Source: a virus
Length of the DNA stretch: 47,187 nt
Virus record (IMG/VR): IMGVR_UViG_3300027716_000003
Reading direction: 5' to 3' (one strand)
Shown: piece after piece, positions 14,818-23,285 of the stretch
How the letters are laid out: every line of letters starts with the position of its first letter
Numbering within the stretch: position 1 is the first letter of the stretch
Notes under the pieces: model-generated
Told to the model about the DNA's origin: nothing
Databases searched by the model: none
What the model saw: the letters and a program-made list of their open reading frames with translations, nothing else
Position numbers and translations under genes: made by a program

Positions 14818-17065
14818 AGAAGAGACCCGCGAGGGGATGGAGGCGCCCCCCGAGGCGCAGAAACCGAACCTGTTCGAGCTCGGGCAGGACACGCCCGCGG
14901 GCGACCCCTTCGAGTACGACCCCGACGCGGTCAATCTCGTCACCGAGTTCAAGGCGCACCCCGAGGGACGCGCGGCGCTCAAACGCATCAGCCACAAGTG
15001 CCTCACCGAGTTCGAGAACGCGTGGGCGGCGACGGAGAAGTTCAGGAAGAACAACGCCGACGTCTGGAAGCTCTTCAGCGGGCTGCTCGATCCGAAAGAC
15101 CCGCCGTTCGATAAGATGGCCAACGCGCACGTGCCCATCCTGATGGAGAACACCATCCGGATGACGACGCGCCAGGCGTACGAGCTCTTCGGCAACTGGA
15201 CGAACGTGTTCGGCGTCACGCCCATCGGGCCCGACGACGAGAAAACGGCGAAGCTGCTCTCGCTTCACGGCAACTGGCAGATCCGAAAACGGATCAAGGA
15301 CTTCAAGCGGCAGATCGGCCACCGGGGCCTCTTGATGTTCGATCTGTTCGGCGACGTCGTCTGTCACAGCTACTGGGATCCGCAGCACCGGTGCAACAGA
15401 CACGAGGTGCTCTCGGCGAACGAGTTCGTCTGCGCCAACGCGCACGTCTCGACCATGCCCGACTTCTCGGATGTCTCCTGGGTGGCGAAAGTCATCTTCA
15501 TGGACGCCCACGAGCTCCGGAAGATGGAGGGGACGTGGGAAGATCTCGACACGACGCTGAAGAACCTGCCCCCCGACTGGGATGATGCGACGCTCACGCA
15601 GGAGCTCCGCGAGCAGGTCGACAAGAGCATCGGCGTCGACTCCTCCGCCTACCAAAAGGGCCAGTACCGCATCATCCAGTACGAGGGCTGGGCGAACCTG
15701 CCGCCGTCGACTGCGATGGACGCGCAGGGCGAGCCGGCCGAGGCGCGAGACCGCTACTGCAAGATCATCATCGACTACCAGACGCAGACCGTGCTCGCGC
15801 TCTCGATTCACGAGCGGGTCGATCCGTACGAAAAGCGCCGGTTCGAGTTTCAGATGCAGGAGCTTCAGCGCTACCAGGCGGGGCTGCAGGAGATCCAGGC
15901 GTTTCAGCAGGAGCTGCAGCAAACGCAGACCTCGGCGATGGAGCTCGCGCATTCCTTGCCCGCCGACGGCGACGGCCCGGCGCAGGCCATCATCATGGCC
16001 CGCTCGCTCGGCGACATCCAGCCGCCGCCCGAGCCCACCATGCCCGACTGGATGCAGGGCAACCCCCAGGCGCAGCCGCGCCCGCCCGAGAGCGTGCCGA
16101 TCCGCATGTTCAGCCACGGCGTGAACATCGAGCCCTTGCAGGGAATCATCGGGCTCGGCACGGGCATGATCCACGCCGCCCAGAACAAGGCCGCCAACAT
16201 CTCGCTCTCGGCCTTCATCGACCAGGCGACGCTCGGCAACTTCAAGAACTTCGTCGTCAAGGGCGGGGTGAAGTTCGCCGGCGGCGACAAGATCGCGATG
16301 GCGCCGGGCAAGCTCCACACCGTGCAGGGCGCGACGGACCTTTCGAAGGACATCCTGCCGCTCGACTTCGGGCAGGCAAACCCGCAGTTCCTGCAGCTCA
16401 TCGAGATGCTCGTGCGCTTCGGCAACACCGTGAGCAACACCCCCGAGGTGCTCTCGGGCGAGAGCGGCAAGAGCGGGGAAACCGCGCAGGGCATCAGCGC
16501 GCGCATCGAGCAGGCGACGAAGATGCTCTCGGTTCCGACCCAGAAGTACGCCGACTTCGTGACGCAGGTGCTCATCAACAACGCGCTTCTGAACGCCATC
16601 TTCCTCGAAGACGTCGAGTGGTTCAGCGTGAACAACCACGACCCCTCCGTCGGAGCGATGGGGCGGCAGACCTTCTCGGTCGGACGCGAGATGTACGACC
16701 GCCCCTATGACGTCGAGATCAGCGCCGACCTGAAGTTCACGTCGACCGCGCAGCGCATCCAGGAGGCGGACGCGCTCGTGCAGATGCCGAACGCGGTGCC
16801 CGAGCTCGCGGGCAACTTCGCCTTCAAGCACATGACCATCTCGAAGAGCCTCGAAGCGCGCAACCGCTACGATCTCATCGGGCTACTCGGCGCCCCGCCC
16901 CAGCCCCCGCAGCAGTTCGGCGTGCCGACGAGCCCGCCCATGCCGCCGCCGGGGATGGCGCCTCCGGGCGCGCCGCCAGGACCGGGGGGTCCGCCGCCAG
17001 GCGCCCCGCCGCAGAAGCCGCCGGGGCCGCCGCCGGCGAACCAGCAACAGAAGGGAGCCGCGTGA
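14807..17065 (+). CDS. Portal protein (752 aa) with Pro/Gly-rich C-terminal tail
   Basis: Size and position directly after terminase and before scaffold. No motif-level proof. Confidence 0.7.
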   Translation: MPREEETREGMEAPPEAQKPNLFELGQDTPAGDPFEYDPDAVNLVTEFKAHPEGRAALKRISHKCLTEFENAWAATEKFRKNNADVWKLFSGLLDPKDPPFDKMANAHVPILMENTIRMTTRQAYELFGNWTNVFGVTPIGPDDEKTAKLLSLHGNWQIRKRIKDFKRQIGHRGLLMFDLFGDVVCHSYWDPQHRCNRHEVLSANEFVCANAHVSTMPDFSDVSWVAKVIFMDAHELRKMEGTWEDLDTTLKNLPPDWDDATLTQELREQVDKSIGVDSSAYQKGQYRIIQYEGWANLPPSTAMDAQGEPAEARDRYCKIIIDYQTQTVLALSIHERVDPYEKRRFEFQMQELQRYQAGLQEIQAFQQELQQTQTSAMELAHSLPADGDGPAQAIIMARSLGDIQPPPEPTMPDWMQGNPQAQPRPPESVPIRMFSHGVNIEPLQGIIGLGTGMIHAAQNKAANISLSAFIDQATLGNFKNFVVKGGVKFAGGDKIAMAPGKLHTVQGATDLSKDILPLDFGQANPQFLQLIEMLVRFGNTVSNTPEVLSGESGKSGETAQGISARIEQATKMLSVPTQKYADFVTQVLINNALLNAIFLEDVEWFSVNNHDPSVGAMGRQTFSVGREMYDRPYDVEISADLKFTSTAQRIQEADALVQMPNAVPELAGNFAFKHMTISKSLEARNRYDLIGLLGAPPQPPQQFGVPTSPPMPPPGMAPPGAPPGPGGPPPGAPPQKPPGPPPANQQQKGAA

Positions 17066-17068
17066 TGC

Positions 17069-17284
17069 ATGCGTGACCTCGACCTGCTGGAACAGTACCT
17101 GCTCCGGCTACGACAGGAGTTCCTGCAGGCATCGCACCGCGCGCTCATCGGCGGCTTCGAAGACATCGCGCTGCGCGAGGCCCGGGGCTACGCGCTGCAA
17201 GCCGAGCTCTGCGACCGCATCCGCGGCTCGCTGAAGGAGCTCACGGACGACCCGGCGCAATTCATCAAGGTGTACCTCTCATGA
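17069..17284 (+). CDS. Hypothetical helical protein (71 aa)
   Basis: ORF track; coupled to the next gene (ATGA). Confidence 0.5.
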   Translation: MRDLDLLEQYLLRLRQEFLQASHRALIGGFEDIALREARGYALQAELCDRIRGSLKELTDDPAQFIKVYLS

Positions 17285-17970
17285 CAGCACGACCCATCTA
17301 TTCCTTCCCCGAGCCCGAGAAGACGAGCTCGTGGAAGCCCGAAGACCGCGGCGAAGTCCGCATCGAGCTGCGCGACACCGAGCGCGACGCGGCCACCAAA
17401 CGCACGGCGCTCATCAGAGCGCGCATGTCGCCGCCCGAGGTGCTGAAGCTCAGCCCGAAGCTCGAAGCCGCGCGGCAGAAGTGGGGCATCCCCGACGGCT
17501 TCTTCAAGTACGCCGCCGGCTTCGACCGCATCTTCGTCTTCCCCGTCGATCCGTTCGACCAAGACGACAAGCTGCCGAACTCTTTCCTGTTCCGCGCGCA
17601 GACCACGAAGCAGAAGGACCTTCAGGAGGGATTCCGCGGCGTGCTCATCAGCGCGGGGCTGACAGCGATGGATCGCCTCATGAGCCACGGCTACGAGCTC
17701 GGCGACATCGTGATGACGAACAAGAACGTTCCCTTTGCTCGGCGCATGGAGCTGCTCGAAGGAGAACCCATGTTCGTGCTCGTGATGCGCGACGGCGACC
17801 TCGCCGGTAACGAGACGCTGCAGGCGGACATCCTCGCCGGCAGGCGCCGCGTCGTCGATGTCGGCGGCGGCGATGGCTACGGCCACCAGCTCGCGGAGCC
17901 CTCGCCCGAAACCCCCGGCGAGTGGATCGTACGCAAAAAGCAATCCGTCTACATCAACGACACGTGGTGA
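17281..17970 (+). CDS. Morphogenesis-module protein with possible GroES/Cpn10-like C-terminal domain
   Basis: FDRIFVFPVD...FRGVLISAGL...YELGDIVM...MFVLVMRDGDL follows the GroES pattern (DRVIV...GEVLAVG...VGDIV...VLIMSESDIL). Compared by eye only. Confidence 0.35.
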   Translation: MTARPIYSFPEPEKTSSWKPEDRGEVRIELRDTERDAATKRTALIRARMSPPEVLKLSPKLEAARQKWGIPDGFFKYAAGFDRIFVFPVDPFDQDDKLPNSFLFRAQTTKQKDLQEGFRGVLISAGLTAMDRLMSHGYELGDIVMTNKNVPFARRMELLEGEPMFVLVMRDGDLAGNETLQADILAGRRRVVDVGGGDGYGHQLAEPSPETPGEWIVRKKQSVYINDTW

Positions 17971-17973
17971 CCC

Positions 17974-18873
17974 ATGAGTGGCTATTTCCAAGGCGATCCC
18001 GATAGGCAGTCCGTCGTCGTCCCGTTCAGCGACGACGAGAGCGTCCGCGACGACGAGCTCATCACCGAAGAGGACAAGCCCACCGACACCTTCGAGGAGC
18101 GCAAGACTCGGAAGGAGAAGCGGCAGCAGCGGCTGCAGGGCATCATCCAGCAGGGGCGCAAGACCGCCGAGGAGCTCGAAGGCGAGAAGAAGGCGAACGC
18201 GGAGCTGCGCGAGCGGCTCGCTCGCCTCGAAGGCGTGGTCGGCGCGACGCAGAGCCAGCGCCAGGCGGCGCCCGCCGACGGCAAGGACGAGTTCGAGCGC
18301 GAGCTCGACGACATCTACCAGACGCAGCAGAACGCCTACAAGGCAGCTCAGGCCGAGGTGAAGGCGGGCACACTCACCGAGGAGCGGCAGCGCTACTACG
18401 AGAAGATCGCGCGCGACATCGAGGCGCGCAAGAGCACCGTGCACACCCGGCGCGTGCTCGCGCAGACCGAGCCCGTGCGCCAGCAGAACCAGGCGCAGCA
18501 GGTGTGGGTGCAGAAGTACCCGGACGTCTACCGCAACCCGAACGCCTTCCAGTACGCGCAGGGCAAGGCGCAGCAGCGGCTCGCGCTCGGCGAGCAGATC
18601 ACCGCCCAGGTCGTCGACGAGATCATGGGCGAGACGATGACGACGTTCAAGCTCGGGCCCAAACCCGCGCCGTCGCAGAGCGAGCGGGCGAAGCTGTCCG
18701 GCATCGCGGCGAGCGGCGGGGGCGGCGGCGGGCGCTCCGACGCCGGCGTCGCGCTCACCCCGGCGATGCGACAGATGGCGATCGCCGCCTACGACCACCT
18801 GCCGGAGGCGGAAGCGATCAAGGCGTGGACGAACAAGACCGGGAAAAGACTGAGGGAAAAGAAGGTCGTGTGA
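17974..18873 (+). CDS. Scaffolding protein
   Basis: E/K/Q/R-rich predicted coiled coil, 299 aa, between portal and capsid genes. Confidence 0.6.
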   Translation: MSGYFQGDPDRQSVVVPFSDDESVRDDELITEEDKPTDTFEERKTRKEKRQQRLQGIIQQGRKTAEELEGEKKANAELRERLARLEGVVGATQSQRQAAPADGKDEFERELDDIYQTQQNAYKAAQAEVKAGTLTEERQRYYEKIARDIEARKSTVHTRRVLAQTEPVRQQNQAQQVWVQKYPDVYRNPNAFQYAQGKAQQRLALGEQITAQVVDEIMGETMTTFKLGPKPAPSQSERAKLSGIAASGGGGGGRSDAGVALTPAMRQMAIAAYDHLPEAEAIKAWTNKTGKRLREKKVV

Positions 18874-18883
18874 GCGCGCGCCG

Positions 18884-18905
18884 GCGCTCCAATGAATTGG
18901 AGCGC
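18884..18905 (+). terminator. Perfect palindromic hairpin GCGCTCCAAT-GA-ATTGGAGCGC just after the scaffold stop (attenuator/terminator/RNA-stability element candidate)
   Basis: 10-nt arms read directly. Starts 11 nt after the stop at 18873. Confidence 0.4.
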
Positions 18906-19020
18906 GTGCCAATCTATTGACACGCTGCCGGCCGTCTGCTTCCCTGTAGCGCGACAGTAGCCCGGCAGCCCGTCACCCACGACGCGCCTGTCTGAACCCG
19001 GTGGGAGTTCAGGCGGAGCA

Positions 19021-19494
19021 GTGGTGGCTGAAGCGACGGAGCAGGTACAGGGCAAAAAGGGTGGGATGCGGCGTGAGGATCCTCCGCCGCGCCCTGTCGA
19101 GCAGGTCGCCAACCGCGGCTTTCTCGAAGGCTCCGACGGGACGAAGCACTTCGTCTGGGTAAGCGAAGTCAACGACCCGACGCTGAACGTCGGATCGTAC
19201 CTCGCCCAGGGCTACAAGGTCTCGCAGTTCGACCCCGACGAGGCGAAGCCGACCGTCGGCTACAACGAATACAAGCAGGGGGACCCCATCAAAGCGATGG
19301 GCATGGTCCTGATGGAGATCCCCGTCGAGAAGAAGCGCGCTCTCGACGAGATCGGCTGGAAGCGAGCCGACGCCATCCAGGAGACCATCCGGCAGCGCGA
19401 CATCGATCCGCTCTCGAATGACGAGGCGGCGCGGTTCAAGGGCATCAAGAGCGTGCGCGCCGACAGCGACGATCGCCGCAAGTGGCAGTTCTGA
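19021..19494 (+). CDS. Hypothetical head-module protein (start uncertain: 19021/19024/19066)
   Basis: ORF track; position between scaffold and capsid genes. Confidence 0.5.
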   Translation: MVAEATEQVQGKKGGMRREDPPPRPVEQVANRGFLEGSDGTKHFVWVSEVNDPTLNVGSYLAQGYKVSQFDPDEAKPTVGYNEYKQGDPIKAMGMVLMEIPVEKKRALDEIGWKRADAIQETIRQRDIDPLSNDEAARFKGIKSVRADSDDRRKWQF

Positions 19495-19527
19495 AGTCCA
19501 TGACCTTCACCATGAGGTTCGACGACA

Positions 19528-20229
19528 ATGGCTAACACCCACCGATACGGCATCCGGTTCGTCCGCAGCATCAGCGGCAATGACACCCCGCAGATCTTCA
19601 CCCACCCGATCGCGAGCGGCTACGCGCCGGTCACCGTCGTGGGCGCGGGATCGAGCGTGAACCTCAACATCGGCGACCCCGTGAAGTTCGCCGAGGATGG
19701 CACGCTCATGCTCACGCAGACCGGGCAGGACAGCTCCGGCGCGAACGCCGACAGCGACGACTATTCGTTCGGCGTCATCGTGGGGTTCCCTCGCGTCATC
19801 GTCGGCGGCTACCCGCGTCCGGGCGGCTTCTACACGTCGGGCACGACCTACTCGGGCGGCATCGGCGGCGACAACGCCCCGCTCGTTTCGGTGATCCCCG
19901 TGGCGGGCAACATCTTCGAGATCGACGCCAACGCCGTCATCGGCGCCGGCACGAAGAACGCCGCGATGGCCGTGGTCGGACAGACCGCACGCATCGCCTA
20001 CAGCGTGCTGTCGAGCGGCAACGGGCAGCCGAAGGCAAACCCCCGTCTAAACGTCGCGGACCTCGCCGCTGGCGGCGCCAACCAGCTTCAGTTGCTGGTC
20101 GTTGGCCTCGGCAAGGCGGGCGACGCGATGGACTTCTCGTCCAGCGACGTAACCCTGCAAGTGATGTTCACCGCGCTCGATCTGGCGCAGCAATCCGACC
20201 CCGCCATCTTCGGCGCGAACGTCGAGTGA
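19528..20229 (+). CDS. Head-module protein (decoration/cement or auxiliary capsid protein candidate)
   Basis: 233 aa, immediately upstream of the capsid candidate. Call by position only. Confidence 0.35.
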   Translation: MANTHRYGIRFVRSISGNDTPQIFTHPIASGYAPVTVVGAGSSVNLNIGDPVKFAEDGTLMLTQTGQDSSGANADSDDYSFGVIVGFPRVIVGGYPRPGGFYTSGTTYSGGIGGDNAPLVSVIPVAGNIFEIDANAVIGAGTKNAAMAVVGQTARIAYSVLSSGNGQPKANPRLNVADLAAGGANQLQLLVVGLGKAGDAMDFSSSDVTLQVMFTALDLAQQSDPAIFGANVE

Positions 20230-20239
20230 GGAAGCGACA

Positions 20240-21154
20240 ATGAGTGAGATTTTCACCAGCACCGCGGCGCTCGCGCTGAAGGACACGCTCGAGGACATCG
20301 ACACCGACGAGCACGGGTCCGAGGGCAGCAAGGCCGTCTTCAACAAGTGGTGCACCGTCAAGAACATGACGGACAACTACATCGAATATTACGAGATCGC
20401 CGGCGGCGGTCTCGCGGGTGAGAAGCCCGAGGGCGAGAGCATCCCGGTCGGGACCATCATCGAGGGCCCCCTCACTCGCTTCAACGCGCGCACCTTCGGT
20501 CAGCGAATGATCGTGAGCGAAGAGGCGATGGAGGACATGAAGTACGACAAGGTCATCCAGGCGGCGAAGCGCAACAATCGCTCGCTCTGGAAGCTCGTCG
20601 ACTTCGACGCGACCCTGATGCTGGTCCGCGCCACGAGCACGAGCTACGTCGGCGGCGACGGCCAGCCCCTCGCGAGCACGACCCACGTGCTGCCGGGCGG
20701 CGGCACGTACTCTAATATGTTCCCCTCGGCGCAGTTCTCCCCGAGCAAGGCCGCGCTCGTCATCGCGCAGGCGCAGCTCATGCAGCAGGTCGGCCACGAC
20801 GGGCTCATCGACGGCGTCGAAGCGAAGAAGGCCGTGTTCCCGGTGCAGCAGTGGGGGATCTGGCGCGAGCTGCTCGGTTCGAGCTACGACCCGACCCCGG
20901 GCGCGTTCAACGCGATCAACGTCGTCAACCGCGACATGAACCTGACGCCGGTTCCGGTGAAGTACTGGAACACGACCACGACGAACTGGGGCCTCATCAC
21001 CGATGCGGAGCTCGGCGTGATGTTCTTCTGGCGGCGCAAGCCCAAGAGCAACACGTGGGTCACCGAGGACAAGACGATGATGAACTACGGCATCACCGCG
21101 CGGTGGAGTCGTGGCTGGGTCAACCCGCGCGGCTTCTTCTTCTCGAACGCCTGA
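20240..21154 (+). CDS. Major capsid protein candidate (304 aa)
   Basis: Strong RBS GAGGAAG. Size and position fit the module. HK97 fold not verifiable by eye. Confidence 0.55.
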   Translation: MSEIFTSTAALALKDTLEDIDTDEHGSEGSKAVFNKWCTVKNMTDNYIEYYEIAGGGLAGEKPEGESIPVGTIIEGPLTRFNARTFGQRMIVSEEAMEDMKYDKVIQAAKRNNRSLWKLVDFDATLMLVRATSTSYVGGDGQPLASTTHVLPGGGTYSNMFPSAQFSPSKAALVIAQAQLMQQVGHDGLIDGVEAKKAVFPVQQWGIWRELLGSSYDPTPGAFNAINVVNRDMNLTPVPVKYWNTTTTNWGLITDAELGVMFFWRRKPKSNTWVTEDKTMMNYGITARWSRGWVNPRGFFFSNA

Positions 21155-21166
21155 AGGTCACACGCC

Positions 21167-21247
21167 ATGGCCAAGTCGAAACCCATGCCGGTAGCCAAAC
21201 CGGCGCCCAAGCCCCCGAAGGGCACGAAGAAGGGTAAGGGCTGCTAA
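21167..21247 (+). CDS. Possible 26-aa Lys/Pro-rich peptide
   Basis: GAAGG 9 nt before the ATG. MAKSKPMPVAKPAPKPPKGTKKGKGC. TAATG overlap with the next gene. Confidence 0.25.
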   Translation: MAKSKPMPVAKPAPKPPKGTKKGKGC

Positions 21248-22134
21248 TGAGCACCACTCCGAACTTCGCCGGCAACTTCCTCGGCAACACGTCGCCGTTC
21301 CTCTCGAACTTCGCCGCGGTCGCGAGCCCGTGGGGAACGTTCGTCAAGCCTGGCGGGCGCGTCGCCGCCTACGTGCGCTCGACGGGCGCGCAGGATGGCG
21401 AGGACCACTTCGCCGCCTCGGGCCTGCTCGTCGCGACCATCAACGAAGGGCTCAAGCGCTGCCGCTCCGGGCAGAACGACATCGTGTTCGTGCTGCCCGG
21501 CCACACCGAGACGTACTCGACCACGGGCGCCGTGTGGGCAAACCTGGTGGCAGGCGCGCAGATCATCGGCGTCGGCTCTGCTGGCGCGACGAATGCGCCG
21601 ACGCTGAACCTGACGCACGCGGGCGCGAGCATCGCGCTCAACGTGGCGAACGTCACGCTCGCGGGCTTCAACATCGTGGGCGGCGTCGCGACGGCGACGG
21701 CGTCGATCGTCATCACCGGCGCGGGCGTGACCCTTGCCGGCAACTTCCTGAACTTCAGCGGCTTCGCCCTCGGCGCGAACTCCCCCATCGCGGTAACCGG
21801 CGCGGCAACGTGCTCGATCATCGGCAACAACATCGTTGCCGACTCGACCGCGACGATGATCGCCATCACGGGAGCGGCGAGCACGAACTTTCTCGTGCAA
21901 GGCAACATCGCGCGCCAGGCGCAGGCCACGAGCGGCGGCGGCTTCTCGTCGACGGCAAACACGAGCGGCATCAGCGGCCACTACTCCGACAACTACTTCA
22001 AGACGGCGACGACCTCGACCGGCGGCGCCGGCGTCATCGTGCTCGGGGCAGCCACCATCACCACGGTCGGCAATCACGAGAACTACGGCGGCGAAGAGAC
22101 GGCGGCCGCGAGCCTCCTGGTCACGGGCGCCTGA
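21247..22134 (+). CDS. Right-handed beta-helix repeat protein (pectate-lyase-like fold candidate)
   Basis: Repeated turns of the form NVTLAGFNIVGG, IVITGAGVTLAGNFLNFSG, AVTGAATCSIIGNNIV and IAITGAASTNFLVQGNI. Confidence 0.55.
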   Translation: MSTTPNFAGNFLGNTSPFLSNFAAVASPWGTFVKPGGRVAAYVRSTGAQDGEDHFAASGLLVATINEGLKRCRSGQNDIVFVLPGHTETYSTTGAVWANLVAGAQIIGVGSAGATNAPTLNLTHAGASIALNVANVTLAGFNIVGGVATATASIVITGAGVTLAGNFLNFSGFALGANSPIAVTGAATCSIIGNNIVADSTATMIAITGAASTNFLVQGNIARQAQATSGGGFSSTANTSGISGHYSDNYFKTATTSTGGAGVIVLGAATITTVGNHENYGGEETAAASLLVTGA

Positions 22135-22147
22135 TTCATGGAGAGCA

Positions 22148-22492
22148 ATGAGCCGGAGCGTCCCGCGCAACATCGACAGGAAGGGCGAGCACCTATCGCG
22201 TTGCGACGTGTGCGGCGTGCCGTTCCTGCGAAGCGCGCTCCGGCGGGGCCGCGACGGCCAGCTGCGCTGTGAGAACGACCAGCCCGGGCGCGACGAGCTC
22301 ACGCTCGCCGAGCTGACCGCAAACCGGGCCTCCGCGCTCAGCCAGCGACTCGGGATGACGGCGCCTGCCGACGGCGCCGTCCCCGATGTCGACAGCGCGG
22401 GACAGCCCTCCTCCGCCTCCTCCTACACCGGGCCGGCGCGGCGCTTCACCGCGAGCGACGTGTTCAACGGCACGCCGCCGACGGGGTTCTGA
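22148..22492 (+). CDS. Hypothetical protein with CxxC...C motif (114 aa)
   Basis: ORF track. Contains CDVCG...RCEND. Confidence 0.5.
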   Translation: MSRSVPRNIDRKGEHLSRCDVCGVPFLRSALRRGRDGQLRCENDQPGRDELTLAELTANRASALSQRLGMTAPADGAVPDVDSAGQPSSASSYTGPARRFTASDVFNGTPPTGF

Positions 22493-23223
22493 TGACGATC
22501 GCGACTTCGCCCTCGGCCCCGGTCAGCCTGAACGAGCTCATCCTGCTCGCGTACAAGCGCGCCGGCGTCTTGCCCGTCGAGGCTCGCCTGTCGGGCGCGA
22601 ACATGGTGCCCAAGCTCGAGCACGGGCGCCAGACCCTGAACCTCATCATGGACGCGCTCGCGACCGAGGGGTTCATCGCGCGCACGACGGGGTTTCACGA
22701 TCTCGCGCTCGTCGCGGGCGAGCCCTACTACACGCTGCCGAACGACATCCTCGACGTGCACGAGGATGCGATGTACGTGCCGCCCGAGAACCCCGACACG
22801 AAGTTCACGACGGGCGAGCTCGTCTGCAAACAGATCGATCTGTTCAAGTGGAGCACGCTGACCGTCAAGGGCAGCATCTCGACGCGCCCCCAGCTCTACT
22901 GCGTCTTCCGCCACGGCGCGCTCGTCAACGTGCGCTTCTGGCCCGTGCCGAGCGAGGCCGGGGTGATGCGGCTCAACGTCACGCGGCTCTTCGGGTCGAG
23001 CTCGGACGGGACGAAGAGCGCCGACCTCGAACGCTTCTGGTACGACTGCCTCTGCTGGCAGCTCGCCTACTACGTTGCCATCGATAGCTCGATGCCGTCC
23101 GATCGGGTGAGCCTGCTCGCCGGCATCGCCGAGTCGAAGAAGAGGCAGTGCGTCAACTTCTCCTTCGAGCACACGAGCGGCCCCCAGGTGGTGCTCGACT
23201 ACACGACGCAATGGAGCGCGTGA
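22492..23223 (+). CDS. Head-tail adaptor / tail tubular A-like candidate
   Basis: TGATG-coupled, 243 aa. Call by position in a T7-like order only. Confidence 0.3.
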   Translation: MTIATSPSAPVSLNELILLAYKRAGVLPVEARLSGANMVPKLEHGRQTLNLIMDALATEGFIARTTGFHDLALVAGEPYYTLPNDILDVHEDAMYVPPENPDTKFTTGELVCKQIDLFKWSTLTVKGSISTRPQLYCVFRHGALVNVRFWPVPSEAGVMRLNVTRLFGSSSDGTKSADLERFWYDCLCWQLAYYVAIDSSMPSDRVSLLAGIAESKKRQCVNFSFEHTSGPQVVLDYTTQWSA

Positions 23224-23285
23224 GATGTGGCGCGCTTCGGAACCGACCGCTGCGGTAGTTGCCTCAGGGAGCGAGGGCTAACCGT

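Noticed and set aside
14768-16831. 687-aa minus-strand ORF antisense to the portal gene. Similar long antisense ORFs lie at 13014..14207, 17188..18912, 23199..24896, 30706..32745, 33969..35033, 34432..35529, 36706..37647 and 21244..22302.
   Set aside because: They are shadow ORFs typical of very GC-rich DNA. They are Arg/Ala/Gly/Leu/Val-dominated with no motifs, and each fully overlaps a sense gene that has clear motifs or translational coupling.
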